DNA from: Eledone cirrhosa
Taxonomy: Eukaryota
Assembly (NCBI GenBank): GCA_964016885.1
Contig: OZ024740.1
Span: 196,974,001-197,038,000, forward strand
Direction: 5' to 3'
Length of the DNA: 64,000 bases
Numbering within the stretch: position 1 is the stretch's first letter; each line of letters starts with the position of its first letter. A program made the translations under genes and the position numbers. Shown in pieces: positions 12,770 through 29,200 of the stretch. The notes under the pieces are model-generated. The model did no database searches. It saw only the letters and a list, made by a program, of their open reading frames with translations, and had not been told where the DNA came from.

Positions 12770-12777
<8 letters not shown>
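12405..12777. mobile_element. Inverted-repeat element family C with two divergent hammerheads
   Basis: Arms 12405-12582 and 12600-12777, near perfect, 17-bp spacer; HHR at 12527-12565(-) and 12617-12655(+). Confidence 0.85.
12617..12655 (+). ncRNA. Type I minimal hammerhead ribozyme, family C
   Basis: UGAAC-CUGAAGA-U-UGC-GAAA-GCA-U-GAAA-GUAC-UU-GUUCA; palindromic stem III; mirror copy at 12527-12565. Confidence 0.8.
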
Positions 12778-12806
<29 letters not shown>

Positions 12807-12948
12807 GTATATATATATATCTGTATATATATATATCTGTATATATATATATCTGTATATATATATCTATATATCTATATATCTATATATATATCTGTAT
12901 ATATATATGTGTGAATGAAGTAATTCCATCGGAAAAGTCCAGGAAAAA

Positions 12949-12984
<36 letters not shown>

Positions 12985-13015
12985 GTATATATACATATAT
13001 ATATATATCTATATA

Positions 13016-13055
<40 letters not shown>

Positions 13056-13087
13056 TATATATATATACAGATATATATATATATATG

Positions 13088-13194
<107 letters not shown>

Positions 13195-13195
13195 G

Positions 13196-13237
<42 letters not shown>

Positions 13238-13319
13238 GTATATACATATATATATATATACAGATATATATAGATATATATATATATATATCTGTATATA
13301 CATATATATATATATATAC

Positions 13320-13353
<34 letters not shown>

Positions 13354-13420
13354 GTATATACATATATATATATATATACAGATATATATATATATATCTG
13401 TATATATATATATATATATA

Positions 13421-13480
<60 letters not shown>

Positions 13481-13485
13481 CTGTA

Positions 13486-13536
<51 letters not shown>

Positions 13537-13537
13537 G

Positions 13538-13575
<38 letters not shown>

Positions 13576-13599
13576 TATATCTGTATATATATATATCTG

Positions 13600-13656
<57 letters not shown>

Positions 13657-13725
13657 CTGTATATATATATATCTGTATATATATATGTGTGAATGAAGTA
13701 ATTCCATCGGAAAAGTCCAGGAAAA

Positions 13726-13772
<47 letters not shown>

Positions 13773-13788
13773 TATATATATCTATATA

Positions 13789-13826
<38 letters not shown>

Positions 13827-13841
13827 TATATATATATACAG

Positions 13842-13872
<31 letters not shown>

Positions 13873-13897
13873 CATGTATATATATATATATATATAC

Positions 13898-13934
<37 letters not shown>

Positions 13935-13971
13935 TATATATATATATGTATATACATATATATATATATAC

Positions 13972-14007
<36 letters not shown>

Positions 14008-14096
14008 GTATATACATATATATATATATATACAGATATATATATATATATCTGTATATACATATATATATATATATACAGATATATATATATATA

Positions 14097-14135
<39 letters not shown>

Positions 14136-14202
14136 GTATATACATATATATATATATATACAGATATATATATATATATCTGTATATATATATATATATA
14201 TA

Positions 14203-14263
<61 letters not shown>

Positions 14264-14274
14264 GTATATATCTG

Positions 14275-14325
<51 letters not shown>

Positions 14326-14326
14326 G

Positions 14327-14381
<55 letters not shown>

Positions 14382-14382
14382 G

Positions 14383-14429
<47 letters not shown>

Positions 14430-14430
14430 G

Positions 14431-14464
<34 letters not shown>

Positions 14465-14472
14465 TATATCTG

Positions 14473-14523
<51 letters not shown>

Positions 14524-14583
14524 GTATATACATATATGTATATATACAGATATATATATATATATATCATATATATATATCTG

Positions 14584-14644
<61 letters not shown>

Positions 14645-14679
14645 TATATATATATCTGTATATATATATATATATCTGT

Positions 14680-14860
<181 letters not shown>

Positions 14861-14866
14861 CATACA

Positions 14867-14939
<73 letters not shown>

Positions 14940-14943
14940 ACAG

Positions 14944-15021
<78 letters not shown>

Positions 15022-15025
15022 ACAG

Positions 15026-15057
<32 letters not shown>

Positions 15058-15093
15058 ACAGATATATATATATATATATATATATATGTATAC

Positions 15094-15155
<62 letters not shown>

Positions 15156-15195
15156 ACAGATACATATATATATATATATATATATATATGTATAC

Positions 15196-15243
<48 letters not shown>

Positions 15244-15247
15244 ACAG

Positions 15248-15280
<33 letters not shown>

Positions 15281-15493
15281 TGTATACAGATATATATATA
15301 TATATATATATGTATACAGATATATATATATATATATATGTATACAGATATATATATATATATATATGTATACAGATATATATATATATATATGTATACA
15401 GATATATATATATATATGTATACAGATATATATATATGTATACAGATATATATATATATATATATATGTATACAGATATATATATATGTATAC

Positions 15494-15599
<106 letters not shown>

Positions 15600-15649
15600 G
15601 TATACAGATATATATATATGTATACAGATATATATATATATATATATAC

Positions 15650-15720
<71 letters not shown>

Positions 15721-15766
15721 GCTGTGTGTATATATATATATATATATATACATATATATATCTGTG

Positions 15767-15843
<77 letters not shown>

Positions 15844-15874
15844 GTGTATATATATATATATATATATATCTGTG

Positions 15875-15906
<32 letters not shown>

Positions 15907-15941
15907 ATCTGTGTATATGTATATATATATATATATATATA

Positions 15942-15974
<33 letters not shown>

Positions 15975-16009
15975 CTGTGTATATATGTATATATATATAT
16001 ATATATATA

Positions 16010-16046
<37 letters not shown>

Positions 16047-16207
16047 GTGTATATATGTATATATATATATATATATCTGTGTATATATGTATATATATAT
16101 ATCTATATATCTGTGTATCTATGTATATATATATATATATCTGTGTGTATATATGTTTATATATACATATATATAAATATCTGTGTGTATATATATATAT
16201 ATATATA

Positions 16208-16259
<52 letters not shown>

Positions 16260-16453
16260 GATAAATCTACCAAGAGTTTACGGTAGTGTCCAATCCGTAT
16301 GAAGAACTCAATGTATTCCGGATATCATGGAAAGAAGAGATGTAATGAAAAATCACTTTCGGTGAAAGATAAACGGTATACAGAGTCAAGATAAAATATT
16401 AAACAAATAATGAATAAAACAATGAAACAGTTCCTTATATTAAACAAAAAAAG

Positions 16454-16607
16454 TTCATTATTTAACGATCGTTTCTAGGATATATATGTGTTAGAATTGG
16501 CATGCATATTCAACAGATCTATGTACAAAATTATACAAAATTATACAAACTATCAAGATTAAATATACATACCAACACATATATACGCCGTCTTCAGAAA
16601 TAATGAA
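16454..16607 (-). ncRNA. Hammerhead-like motif with greatly extended stem II, family H
   Basis: 10-bp stem I UUCAUUAUUU/AAAUAAUGAA; CUGAAGA (16591-16597); GAAA-CGAUCG-UU (16464-16475); 14-bp helix within the 115-nt stem II domain. Confidence 0.65.
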
Positions 16608-17186
16608 ATATATTTATTGATAATAACAACAATTCAAAATTTCAGGTCCGTTTGGGAACAAAATTGACCAATGAAAATACAAAAGGTTTTATGCAGTTCG
16701 GTGTGTGTATATACGTGTAACTACCCTTACACATATTTTACAAAAATGTATGCTCAACATGTATACGCATACCAAAAGGATGGATGCAAATACAAAATGT
16801 CAAGGTTAATGTCTCTGTAAGTTTATAATGCACAGATAAGATGCGTATAGACACATAAATATGAAATAAGTGTATACACATATTCTCATACTCACACATA
16901 TCCGTACAATCACACACACGCGCGCGTATATGCATAAACATACACATAATTACGAACATACAAACACACACACACCCCCACTCACATATATATATGTGGA
17001 TATAATATCATAAGCACATGGATATTAATTCACTCACATAAACACTGTCACACACATTTAGATCAAGATACAGAAATTAGGTGGGAGGGGGGGAGAGGTC
17101 AGTATTCAACGGTTTGGGCAGACTGCTTATTATAGATGTATCTATAAACTAAGAAAATAAAAAGAAAAAAGAAATATATCAAGAAA

Positions 17187-17245
<59 letters not shown>

Positions 17246-17351
17246 CATATATATAAAAACACATACATACATATACACACATCCACACTTAGAACATACA
17301 TACACACACATATATAAACATATACATATATACACACATATACACACATAC

Positions 17352-17402
<51 letters not shown>

Positions 17403-17532
17403 TACACATATAATCACCCATACTATATAGACACACATATATATACACACATACACGCACATATACATACACATACATACTTATATACATACAGATATAC
17501 ACATACATACCTATATATAGACGCAAATTCAT

Positions 17533-20072
17533 GTCTTGTTAACAACATAGTCTATAAATGTATTGGCCCAGGCCATGTCTAACTTAATAGCACCACCTGG
17601 CGAAGTCTTTCAATTCAGGATTTGGGCACCATGGCCCATTCGAGAAGAGAATTACTGTTTGCGGAGACATATCCGGGTGTGGGTGGTTTGTCCGGGATTA
17701 CTTGGAGGAATTTGTCCAAAGACTTCTTGAATTTTGTGTGGTCAGTTTCTGTTTTGACGTGTCCTGGTGTGATGTTGAAGAGAGCAGGGCCGATTGAGGT
17801 GAAATAATTGTGCCGTATTGTTGTTATGAGTTGCGATTTAGATTTTTGAATGGGACGGATAGCACGGGGCCCAAGCCTTGGGTGTATCTTGAAGGCGATG
17901 CCAACATCATTTGGGCAGTGATGATGGAACATTTTCCACATCATGCAGATAATATAACGCTCACGGCGACGTTGGAGTGAGTAAAGTTTCAGGTTTTCCA
18001 ATCGACCCCAGTAGTCAAGGTCTGACATGCCATCTATCTTTTTCGTGATTGCCCTTTGAGGAGCTTCAAGTTTCATGATACTTTGTTTCGTGTGGGGAGA
18101 CCACAGTGGACAACAGTATTCAAGGTGTGGTCGGGCGAAAGTAGAGAAGAGAAGGATAATGGTGCGGGAATCTCTCGACTGGAAGGTTCTGAGGATCCAG
18201 GAACACATTCTGCGGGCCATGTCAACTTTGCTGCTTATATGCGTGGTCCAGCTTATGTTGCTGTCCACGGTTACTCCCAAGTCTCTGATGTTGTTAGATG
18301 CCACGAGAGTTTCCCCGGAGGGAAGGGAGTACGGGAGTTTCAGAGCATCCTCTTTTCCAAAGTGGATCAGTTCGAATTTGTCTTCGTTCAGTAACATGTT
18401 GTTCTTTTCTGCCCATTGGGTAACAGCCAGTAGGTCTGACTGAAGGCTTATCCGGTCATCCACGCCATTGATGACCTTTTGGAGCTTGGAATCATCAGCG
18501 AAAATTTTAATGTTGCTGTGTTTGATGATGTCAGTGATGTCATTAATATAGATGATGAAGAGAAGTGGGCCCAACACAGTGCCTTGTGGGACTCCACTAC
18601 TGACTTTGGCTGGGCTTGATTTGACTCCCTCAACTACAACATGTTGGGTTCTGTTTGACAGGAAGCTCTTGATCCACTGCAGCAGCTTTCCAGTGACACC
18701 AATATTGGACAGCTTTCTCAGTAGAATGTTATGATCAACCCTGTCAAAGGCCTTGCTGAAATCAAGGTAGATAACATCAGTGTTGGAACCCTCTCCCAAG
18801 GCTCTCAAAATGTCATCAAAGTGATGCAGTAGTTGCGTCAGGCAATCCCTTCCATTACGGAATCCATGCTGGTTGGAGTTCAGCATATTGTTACTCTCAA
18901 GGAAGTGGGTCATTCGCGATCTCACCACTCGCTCAAATACCTTAATGATATGAGAGGTGAGTGAGATTGGACGGTAATTCACGGCAAGGGATTTGTTTCC
19001 CTTTTTGAAAACTGGGACAACAGACTGGGATAGAAGGTTTTCTGGCACATATCCAGCATCCAGTGAGTTCCGCCACAGATTGGCAAGAGGAGAAGCAAGT
19101 TGGTGTTGACACGCCTTCAAGACACAAGCAGGGAACCTATCGGGACCTACTGCTGAATTATGCTTGATTTCCTTTATTGCCGCCAAGACATCAGGGGCGC
19201 CAAACGTTATGTCCGATAAGGTGTAATGGGGAGTAACATCGCCGATACAGCCCAGATCGGCCATATCAGGATTGCTGAAAACAGAGCAGTATTGTTTCTG
19301 CAGTATCTCACCCATGGTTTTAGCATTGTCTTGAAGAGTGCCATTTTCATCAATTAGAGGGCCAACAGTAGAGCCAGTGATTTTGTGTTTTTTTGCAAAT
19401 GAAAAGAACACTTTGGGATTGAGTTTGATCTTCTCAATGGCCCAGGCCTCTTCAGCTCTTCTCTGATTGTTGATGAGGGACATTATGTTGTTTTGGAGGT
19501 TATGTTTTTTAATCTCTAGTGATGAAATGGCAGTCAAGTTGATGTGTTGCTGCTGACAGTATTTCAGCTTGTTGATTTTTTTGTTCGTTCTCTTAATTTT
19601 TCTGATGAGCGTTTTTCTATTTCTAGGGATTCTGCTCTTAGATTTGTTTATAGTTCTTAATGGGGTGTGTTTAGCACATATGTTTGTAACAGTGTCCACA
19701 AATGTCTGCCAGGACTTTTTGATGTTAGTGGGTGTATGAGTGTGCGTGAAGGACCAGTCGACATGTGCAAGATCATGACTGATCGCTTCCCAGTTTGCAT
19801 TGTGGAAATCCATAGCGTCAAACGGATGGACAGGAGAGATGACATTGGGTTTGTATATTGGACGGTGGAATCTCAGATCACAGAGAACCATGTCATGATC
19901 AGAGAGTAGAGTTTTCTCCACTGCAATATTGTGGATATTGTCAGTGTGATTGCTGAAAATTAAGTCTAGGACGTTTTTGTGGCACCTCGTTGGTTCGAGC
20001 ACTAGTTGGGATAGGAAGAAATCATCCATGAAGTCAAGAAGCGATTCCACAGCTTCCCTCCACAGCTTCCCT
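17533..20072 (-). mobile_element. 5'-truncated CR1/L2-group LINE
   Basis: Open ORF2 plus short 3' UTR; 5' end fused to (TA)n. Confidence 0.9.
17615..20072 (-). CDS. LINE ORF2 (C-terminal part of APE endonuclease plus reverse transcriptase), 5'-truncated, ~820 codons open
   Basis: PTR..NVLDLIF, LSDH; [50 protein letters not shown]; the upstream IY stretch of the 919-aa ORF is microsatellite. Confidence 0.9.
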
Positions 20073-21501
<1,429 letters not shown>

Positions 21502-21608
21502 AGTAATAATAAAATTGAAGACTAAAATCCAAAGAGGGCTTGATAAGGAAAATATATATCAAATATATAAGAACCGAAGAGCAAATATTTATTAAAATAA
21601 CAGATTAA

Positions 21609-21659
21609 AGTTTAAGCAAAGAATCGCTGCTTTCACCCTTAACGGGATCTTCTGAAACT
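21609..21659 (-). ncRNA. Hammerhead ribozyme family G, single core variant (CAGAAGA)
   Basis: AGUUU-CAGAAGA-U-CCC-GUUAA-GGG-U-GAAA-GCA-(9 nt)-UGC-UU-AAACU; host element 21502-21662, fragments of it at 5945-5990 and 25991-26030. Confidence 0.65.
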
Positions 21660-21707
21660 AACATATATATATATGTATGTATATATGTATATATGTATAT
21701 ATGTATA

Positions 21708-22396
21708 TCATCATCATCATCATCATCAACGTTTAACGTCCGTGTTCCACGCTTGCATGGGTTTGGACGGAGGTAGTCCCACTTGAGGCAAGAGTGATTG
21801 TCTTGCTCGCATAGGACTATCTGGCAGTTTTCTATAGTTGGATGCCCTTCCTAACACCAACCACATTTACAGTGTGGGTCTGGGAGGTTTTTACCGTGTT
21901 GCCTACACGGCCACATTACAGCGTGGACTGTGTGTTTTTTTGTCGTGACACCTACACGATCTCATTTGTTTCGGCCTCGATGGCGCGGCACCAACATAAC
22001 TTTACATAGAACGGGGTGGTGTGGATGGGGTGGTGGTGGGACGGGGTGTATTTTGTTAGAGATGCCTACTGGCTGGAGTAGGTTTTACTATATATTTAGG
22101 TAAGGCGGGTCTTCTCTGTTACTGAGTACCGCCAAAGGTCTCGGTCCAGTGACATTGTCTTGGAGAGGTGTAAGTGTGTGATGTCGGAGTTTATCAGCTC
22201 GTCCCAGGTTTTTCTAGGTCTGCCTATTCCGTGACTACCGTCTATCTTTATTGCCCTGCACTTTGTTATACAGCTATCGACTTTCATGCGCATCACGTGT
22301 CCATACCAACGTAGCCTTCTCTCGAGTAAACAACATCTGATCCCTCTTATCTCTAATTTTTTCCTTAGTTCGTTTATGCTTTGCCGTTCACGTATA
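21708..22396 (-). mobile_element. RTE-clade LINE 3' fragment
   Basis: GRPRKTW ORF end; (CAT)n tail on + strand; inverted homolog of 10397-11066. Confidence 0.85.
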
Positions 22397-22403
22397 TTAC
22401 TGT

Positions 22404-22404
<1 letters not shown>

Positions 22405-22448
<44 letters not shown>

Positions 22449-22467
22449 ATATATATATGTATATATG

Positions 22468-22498
<31 letters not shown>

Positions 22499-22515
22499 GT
22501 ATGTATATATATATG

Positions 22516-22548
<33 letters not shown>

Positions 22549-22685
22549 GTATATGTATATATGTATATATGTATATGTATATATGTATATATGTATATGT
22601 ATATGTATATATGTATATATGTATATATATATATATGTATATATGTATATATATATATATGTATATATATATATGTGTGTATATA

Positions 22686-22746
<61 letters not shown>

Positions 22747-22757
22747 GTATATATATG

Positions 22758-22807
<50 letters not shown>

Positions 22808-22925
22808 ACTATTATATATGTATATATATATATGTATGTATATATATATATATGTATATATATATATGTAATATATGTATATATATATATGTATATACAT
22901 ATATGTATATATATATGTATATATG

Positions 22926-22958
<33 letters not shown>

Positions 22959-23041
22959 GTATATATATGTATATATATATGTATATATGTATATATATAT
23001 GTATATATGTATATATATATGTATATATATATATATATGTG

Positions 23042-23076
<35 letters not shown>

Positions 23077-23881
23077 GTATATATATATGTATGGTCACCA
23101 GTTGGTGCTACTGGTAACATGTATCCCAGTACAACCTGTCCCATGGTCGGGTCGTTGGCGACTAAACTGGCAACCCCACCAAGGTTTCTTGGTGAGGAGG
23201 GTGACTTTGGACATCCTGCAGGACTAAAAACAAAACCTGTCAAAGGGCAAAGGAGCTCTTAAGAGTCAATGGCCATCCAAAATCACCGGGAGAGATGACC
23301 CCTTAGCCTTTGTCAAGGCAGAATTCTGGGAGAAGGAAAACTCTGATATAACACCTGCAACCCTGATGGTATCCAATGATGTTGACTTGTTCTTCTTTTT
23401 GGTACATATCATCTTGTTTAAGAGAGTGGGACTGGCTTTGTGCAGTGCCTTTGCTCACTATAAAAGCTTCACGGCACAGGCATTGCTTTATATCTGGAGA
23501 TCTCTCTGCACTTGTCGTCAGATGGTACCATGGGCCCAGCACTATGTGTCAATAATTGTCAAAAGTGTAGTGTTTGTACCAGAGTTTTCAAATAGCTGGC
23601 TGGACTAAAAAGTCACACTCGTTCAGCGCATCCGTAGGGGTTCTCCTACATGGATATAAAGTAGTGGCCGTACTCGAAAACGAGTTGGCAGCCACCATAT
23701 GTATGTGTATATATATATGTGTATATATATATGTGTATATATATATATGTGTATATATATATATGTATATATATATATGTATATATATATATATGTATAT
23801 ATATATATGTATATGTATATATATATATGTGTATATATGTATATATGTATATGTATATATATATGTGTATATATATATATG

Positions 23882-23912
<31 letters not shown>

Positions 23913-23975
23913 GTGTATATATATATATATGTGTATATATATATGTATATATATGTATATGTATATATATATATG

Positions 23976-24006
<31 letters not shown>

Positions 24007-24115
24007 GTATATATATATATGTGTATATATATATATATGTGTATATATATATGTATATATATGTGTATATGTATATATATGTGTATATATATATATGTGT
24101 ATATATATATGTATG

Positions 24116-24146
<31 letters not shown>

Positions 24147-24156
24147 GTATATATAC

Positions 24157-24202
<46 letters not shown>

Positions 24203-24263
24203 GTATATATATATATGTATATATATATGTATGTATATATATATATGTATATATATATGTATG

Positions 24264-24295
<32 letters not shown>

Positions 24296-24318
24296 TGTAT
24301 ATATATATATATATATAT
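22405..24318. repeat. (TA/TG)n microsatellite tracts flanking a 0.6-kb insert (23093-23697)
   Basis: Direct inspection. Confidence 0.9.
23093..23697 (+). mobile_element. Probable retrotransposon 5' UTR-like fragment (RTE-type) inserted in (TA)n
   Basis: GC-richer island; ggcag..ctgggagaaggaaaactctga resembles RTE 5' UTR motifs (from memory, unverified). Confidence 0.35.
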
Positions 24319-25019
24319 AAATGGAATAGAATGAAAGGAAATTTCATTTCTCACTCTTAGTACGGCACTTACTTAAATGTAAGTATGTATGTATACGTAC
24401 ATACATATATGTATACAGACGTACAGTAGCATGTATATATATACATACAGGCACACATATATATATGCACGTATCAGTTTACCGAACATTTATTATAATG
24501 CTCGGTTTGTTCGTTTGTAAACAAACAAACAGCCTGAATTACGCCGTACAGTGTTTAGGCAACCACGTCACCTTTTTGTTCGACACTGACACAGGAACGA
24601 TGTACTAGTTTCAAGCTTATTAGCTATCCTCAGCACCGTATACCTTTCTGGCAGATGGTTGAACGTCCGAAAGTATATACTTTCCTTATGCATATTAACG
24701 GCTGAGCAGCCTAATTTGCATATCGAGTGAGTTCAGTCGGCCAGGCGCACCGAAAACGATAAATGGAATAGAATGAAAGGAAATTTCATTTCTCACTCTT
24801 AGTACGGCACTTACTTAAATGTAAGTATGTATACGTACATACATATATACATACAGGCGTAATTCAAGCTGTTTGTTTGTTTACAAACGAACAAACCGAG
24901 CATTATAATAAATGTTCGGTAAACTGATATGTGCATATATATATGTGTGCCTGTATGTATATATATACATGCTACTGTACGTCCATATATATATATGTAT
25001 GAACGTATACATACATACT

Positions 25020-25020
<1 letters not shown>
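24319..25020 (-). mobile_element. Family B retrozyme-like element: 442-bp monomer, partial direct repeat and inverted segment
   Basis: aaatggaatagaatg at 24319 and 24761; ~24856-25020 is the inverse of ~24380-24545; HHR at 24597-24639(-) with CUGAGGA core. Confidence 0.8.
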
Positions 25021-25054
<34 letters not shown>

Positions 25055-25149
25055 ATATATATATATCTGTATATATATATCTGTATATATATATCTGTAT
25101 ATATATATCTGTATATATATATCTGTATATATATATCTGTATATATATA

Positions 25150-25190
<41 letters not shown>

Positions 25191-25491
25191 GTATATATAT
25201 ATCTGTATATATATATCTGTATATATATATATATCTATATATATATATACATGTATATATATATGTATATATATATATATATGTATATATATGTATATAT
25301 ATATATATATGTATATATGTATATATATATATATATGTATATATGTATATATATATATATATATGTGTATATGTATATATGTATATATGTATATATGTAT
25401 ATATATGTATATATGTATATATATGTATATGTATATATATATGTATATATATATATATGTATATATATATATGTATATGTATATATATATG

Positions 25492-25542
<51 letters not shown>

Positions 25543-25679
25543 GTATATATATATGTATATGTATATATATATGTATATGTATATATATCTGTATATATAT
25601 ATATCTGTATATATATATATATATCTGTATATATATATATATATCTGTATATATATATATATCTGTATATATATATATA

Positions 25680-25737
<58 letters not shown>

Positions 25738-25813
25738 TATGTCTGTATATATACATATCTGTATATATATATATCTGTATATATATATACATATCTGTAT
25801 ATATATATATATA

Positions 25814-25867
<54 letters not shown>

Positions 25868-25927
25868 TATATCTGTATATATATATATCTGTATATATAT
25901 ATATATATCTGTATATATATATATATA

Positions 25928-25994
<67 letters not shown>

Positions 25995-26038
25995 ATAATA
26001 ATAAAATTGAAGACTAAAATCCCAATAATAAATATACA

Positions 26039-26069
<31 letters not shown>

Positions 26070-26200
26070 CTGTATATACATATATATATATCTGTATATA
26101 CATATCTATATATATCTATATATATCTGTATATATATCTATATATATCTGTATATATATCTATATATATCTGTATATATATCTGTATATATATCTGTATA
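25020..26200. repeat. (TA)n tract with TCTG/TG interruptions
   Basis: Direct inspection. Confidence 0.95.
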
Positions 26201-29200
26201 TACTCTTTTACTCTTTTACTCTTTTACCTGTTTCAGCCATCCGGCTGAGGCCATGCTGGGGCACCGCCCTTGTTGCTACACATTTTATCTCCAGCCTGTA
26301 TAGGTTGGCCACTGGTGTAGGAGGGAGTTTGTTGCTGCTGCCCTTAGGTTTCCCTCGTGTCTTGCTGTGGGCTCATCCGGGATCCTGGATAACAAGGTGT
26401 CGAGATGTTTCTTAAAGACATCCACCTCCACGTCATGCAAGTCTCGCAGATGCCTCGGCAGCCTGTTGAAGAGTTGAGGGCCCTTGAATCCCAGGCTATT
26501 GCAATACCTGCTCCTTATTCTAGATGTGGAAGACGGGACCTTTGGCACCACACAGTGACGTCCTGTTCGACGGTTGGTCCAGCTCCCAATGCCAAAGTTT
26601 GGTGCTAGTCCCTCCAGGATTTTCCACATGTAGATCACTGCGTATCTCTCCCGTCTTCGCTCCAAGGAGTAGAGGTTCAGTTCCTTCAGCCTCTCCCAGT
26701 AGCTTGTCTCCCTCATCTTGGCAATCCTCTTGGTGTAGCTTCGCTGGATTGCCTCAAGCTCTGTAGTTAGTCTGACACTATGGGGTGACCACAGCTGGGA
26801 GCAGTAGTCCAGGCGGCTTAGGACAAAAGTCCTCCACAGTGTCAACATGGTGTCTCGATCTCTTGTAAGGAAAGTCCTCAAGATCCAGCCAGCGAATCGT
26901 CTACATGCTGTCGCCACCTTCATGATGTGTGAAGAAAAAGATGCATCATCGCTCATGTCTATGCCCAGGTCTCGTATCGATTTTGACACGGGGATATCGG
27001 TCCCTCCTGGTCCTGTGTAGCTGTGTTCCGCTATATTTGTGTTTGTGTTTGCAGGTTTGTATTGTAGGGCTTGGAATTTGCCAGCATTAAACTGCATGTT
27101 GTTTTCTTCCGCCCATCTGTATATGGCATCCAGATCCTGCTGTAAGAGGGCAGCGTCAGCCGGGTTTTTGATTGCCTGTGCTACCTTAGTGTCATCAGCA
27201 TAGCTAGTGAGGGATGTTGTTGCATGCACCACAGAGGGCATGTCCGAGAGAGCCACGAAAAACAGTAGTGGTCCCAGGACTGTCCCCTGAGGCACCCCAC
27301 TTGTTATCGGTGTTTCCCTCGAGAGGGCCCCATTTGCTGCGACTGCCTGGCTTCTGTCCCTTAGGAAGCCATGCAGCCACTCACCTACTTTTCCAGTTAT
27401 GCCGAGTCCGTGTAGTTTGTGACATATCATTCCGTGGTCGACCTTGTCAAAGGCCTTCGCAAAGTCAAGATATATCACGTCTACATGTGAGCTGTCTAGT
27501 AGTTGTCTCAGTACCCAGTCGTAGTGATGTAGCAGCTGTGTAAGGCAGCTTCTTCCTGGGCGGAAGCCATGTTGCGTGCTAGTCAGGCGGTCATTTTCTT
27601 CGAGGAAAGTGATTAGTTTCTTTCTGACGACTCGCTCCATGACCTTACTGATATGCGACGTCAGGGAGACTGGCCTATAGTTCTTGGCCTCCGCTCTACT
27701 ACCTCCTTTATGGATAGGGCATATTGTGCCTTCTTTCAGCTCCCTGGGTAGTACACCGCTAGCCAAGGAGCTTCTGAAGAGTATCTTCAGTGGAGTTGCT
27801 AAGGCCCGCTTACATATTTTTAGGAGAACTGCTGGGAATCCATCAGGTCCAGCAGCTTCTAATTTCATCAATGGCGTACACCACATCCTCCTCCGTTATG
27901 TCTATGTGGTTGATGGTTGCCATTTCTTGATGTAGTGTTGTGGCATCAAAGAACTCCTCTGGCTTCGTTATTTGCATGTGCCTCAGTGAACATGTGAAGA
28001 CACTTTTGTACTGTTCGTTCAGTATTTCACATATCTCTTGGGGATTTTCGGTTAATGAACCGTCCGTGTGGAAGAGTGGTCCAATCTTGCAGTGTACTGA
28101 GGCAGTTTCTTTTGCAAATTTAAAGAAGGCCTTAGGGTTTGTTTTAATGTTTTCTATGGCCCTGTTCTCTTTCCTTGCCCTCTCATTCTCATGTGAAAGC
28201 TTGAGTGCAATCTCGGTGTCAAGTAGTGCACGTTTCAAATAGGATTCCTTCTTGTTTTGGTTTTGTTGACTATTCAACTGGTTTGAGAGTTTAGTTCTAC
28301 GTCTCATAAGGATTTTCCTATCTCTGGGAATAAGATTTTTGTGTCTGTTTGCCTCTTTCTCCGGGACACACTTTTTGCATATGGTGTGTATCGTTGTCAT
28401 GAAGTGTTGAAATTGTGTGTTAGTGTCTTGTGTGGCGATGTTTGCACTCCATGTTTGCTTCCGGATTTCACTCTTAATCTTCTTCCAGTCAGCCCCGTAG
28501 AAGTTAAGGCTGGATAGCATCCCGGAGCTTCTTGGTGGTTTTGTCTCTGTTGGTTCTCTTGGACCACATATCATTAGCTCTACCAAGTTATGATCCGAGA
28601 GAATTGTTGGTGTCACCTTTACATTGTGGATGAGCACTTCGTTGTTTGTAAAACAGAGGTCCAGGACATTTTCGCCTCTTGTTGGGAGGAGTATTGCTTG
28701 CTCCATGAACAGCCTGTGTGTGAGGGCCAGCAGGGATTCCGTCTGTCTCTGTTCTATTGACGTCATTCCAGGGAGGAGGTGGCCCTCAGGCCATTTGACC
28801 TTTGGTAGGTTGAAGGCTCCCAGCAGTAGGATGTTGAGACCCTGGTCCAGTTTGTCAAGGACCTCTTCTATCCTACTTAGGCTATCCTCAAATTTACCCT
28901 CATGACTGGGGGCATCGGGCGGCCGATATGTGACACATATTACCGTCTGTAGTTGCTTCATATGTATTATCAGTGTGTCACAGACTGAGTTTGAATGTGT
29001 CAACAGTACAATTGGTGTGACATCTTCACGGATATACAGAGCAACCCCACCATGAGTTCTCTCCTTCCTGTCCGAACGAAATACAGTATATTTCGGTATA
29101 TGTATTTCTGCATCTGCTATACTGCTTGTCAGGTGCGTTTCGGTTAGTGCCATGCATAGTGCTTGATTGCTTATGGCTAAGTCTCCCAGGTAGGAAATTT

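Noticed and set aside
23105-23160. Twister ribozyme
   Set aside because: TAAC and GTCCCA-like pieces exist but the 3' GAGGG pseudoknot partner is missing
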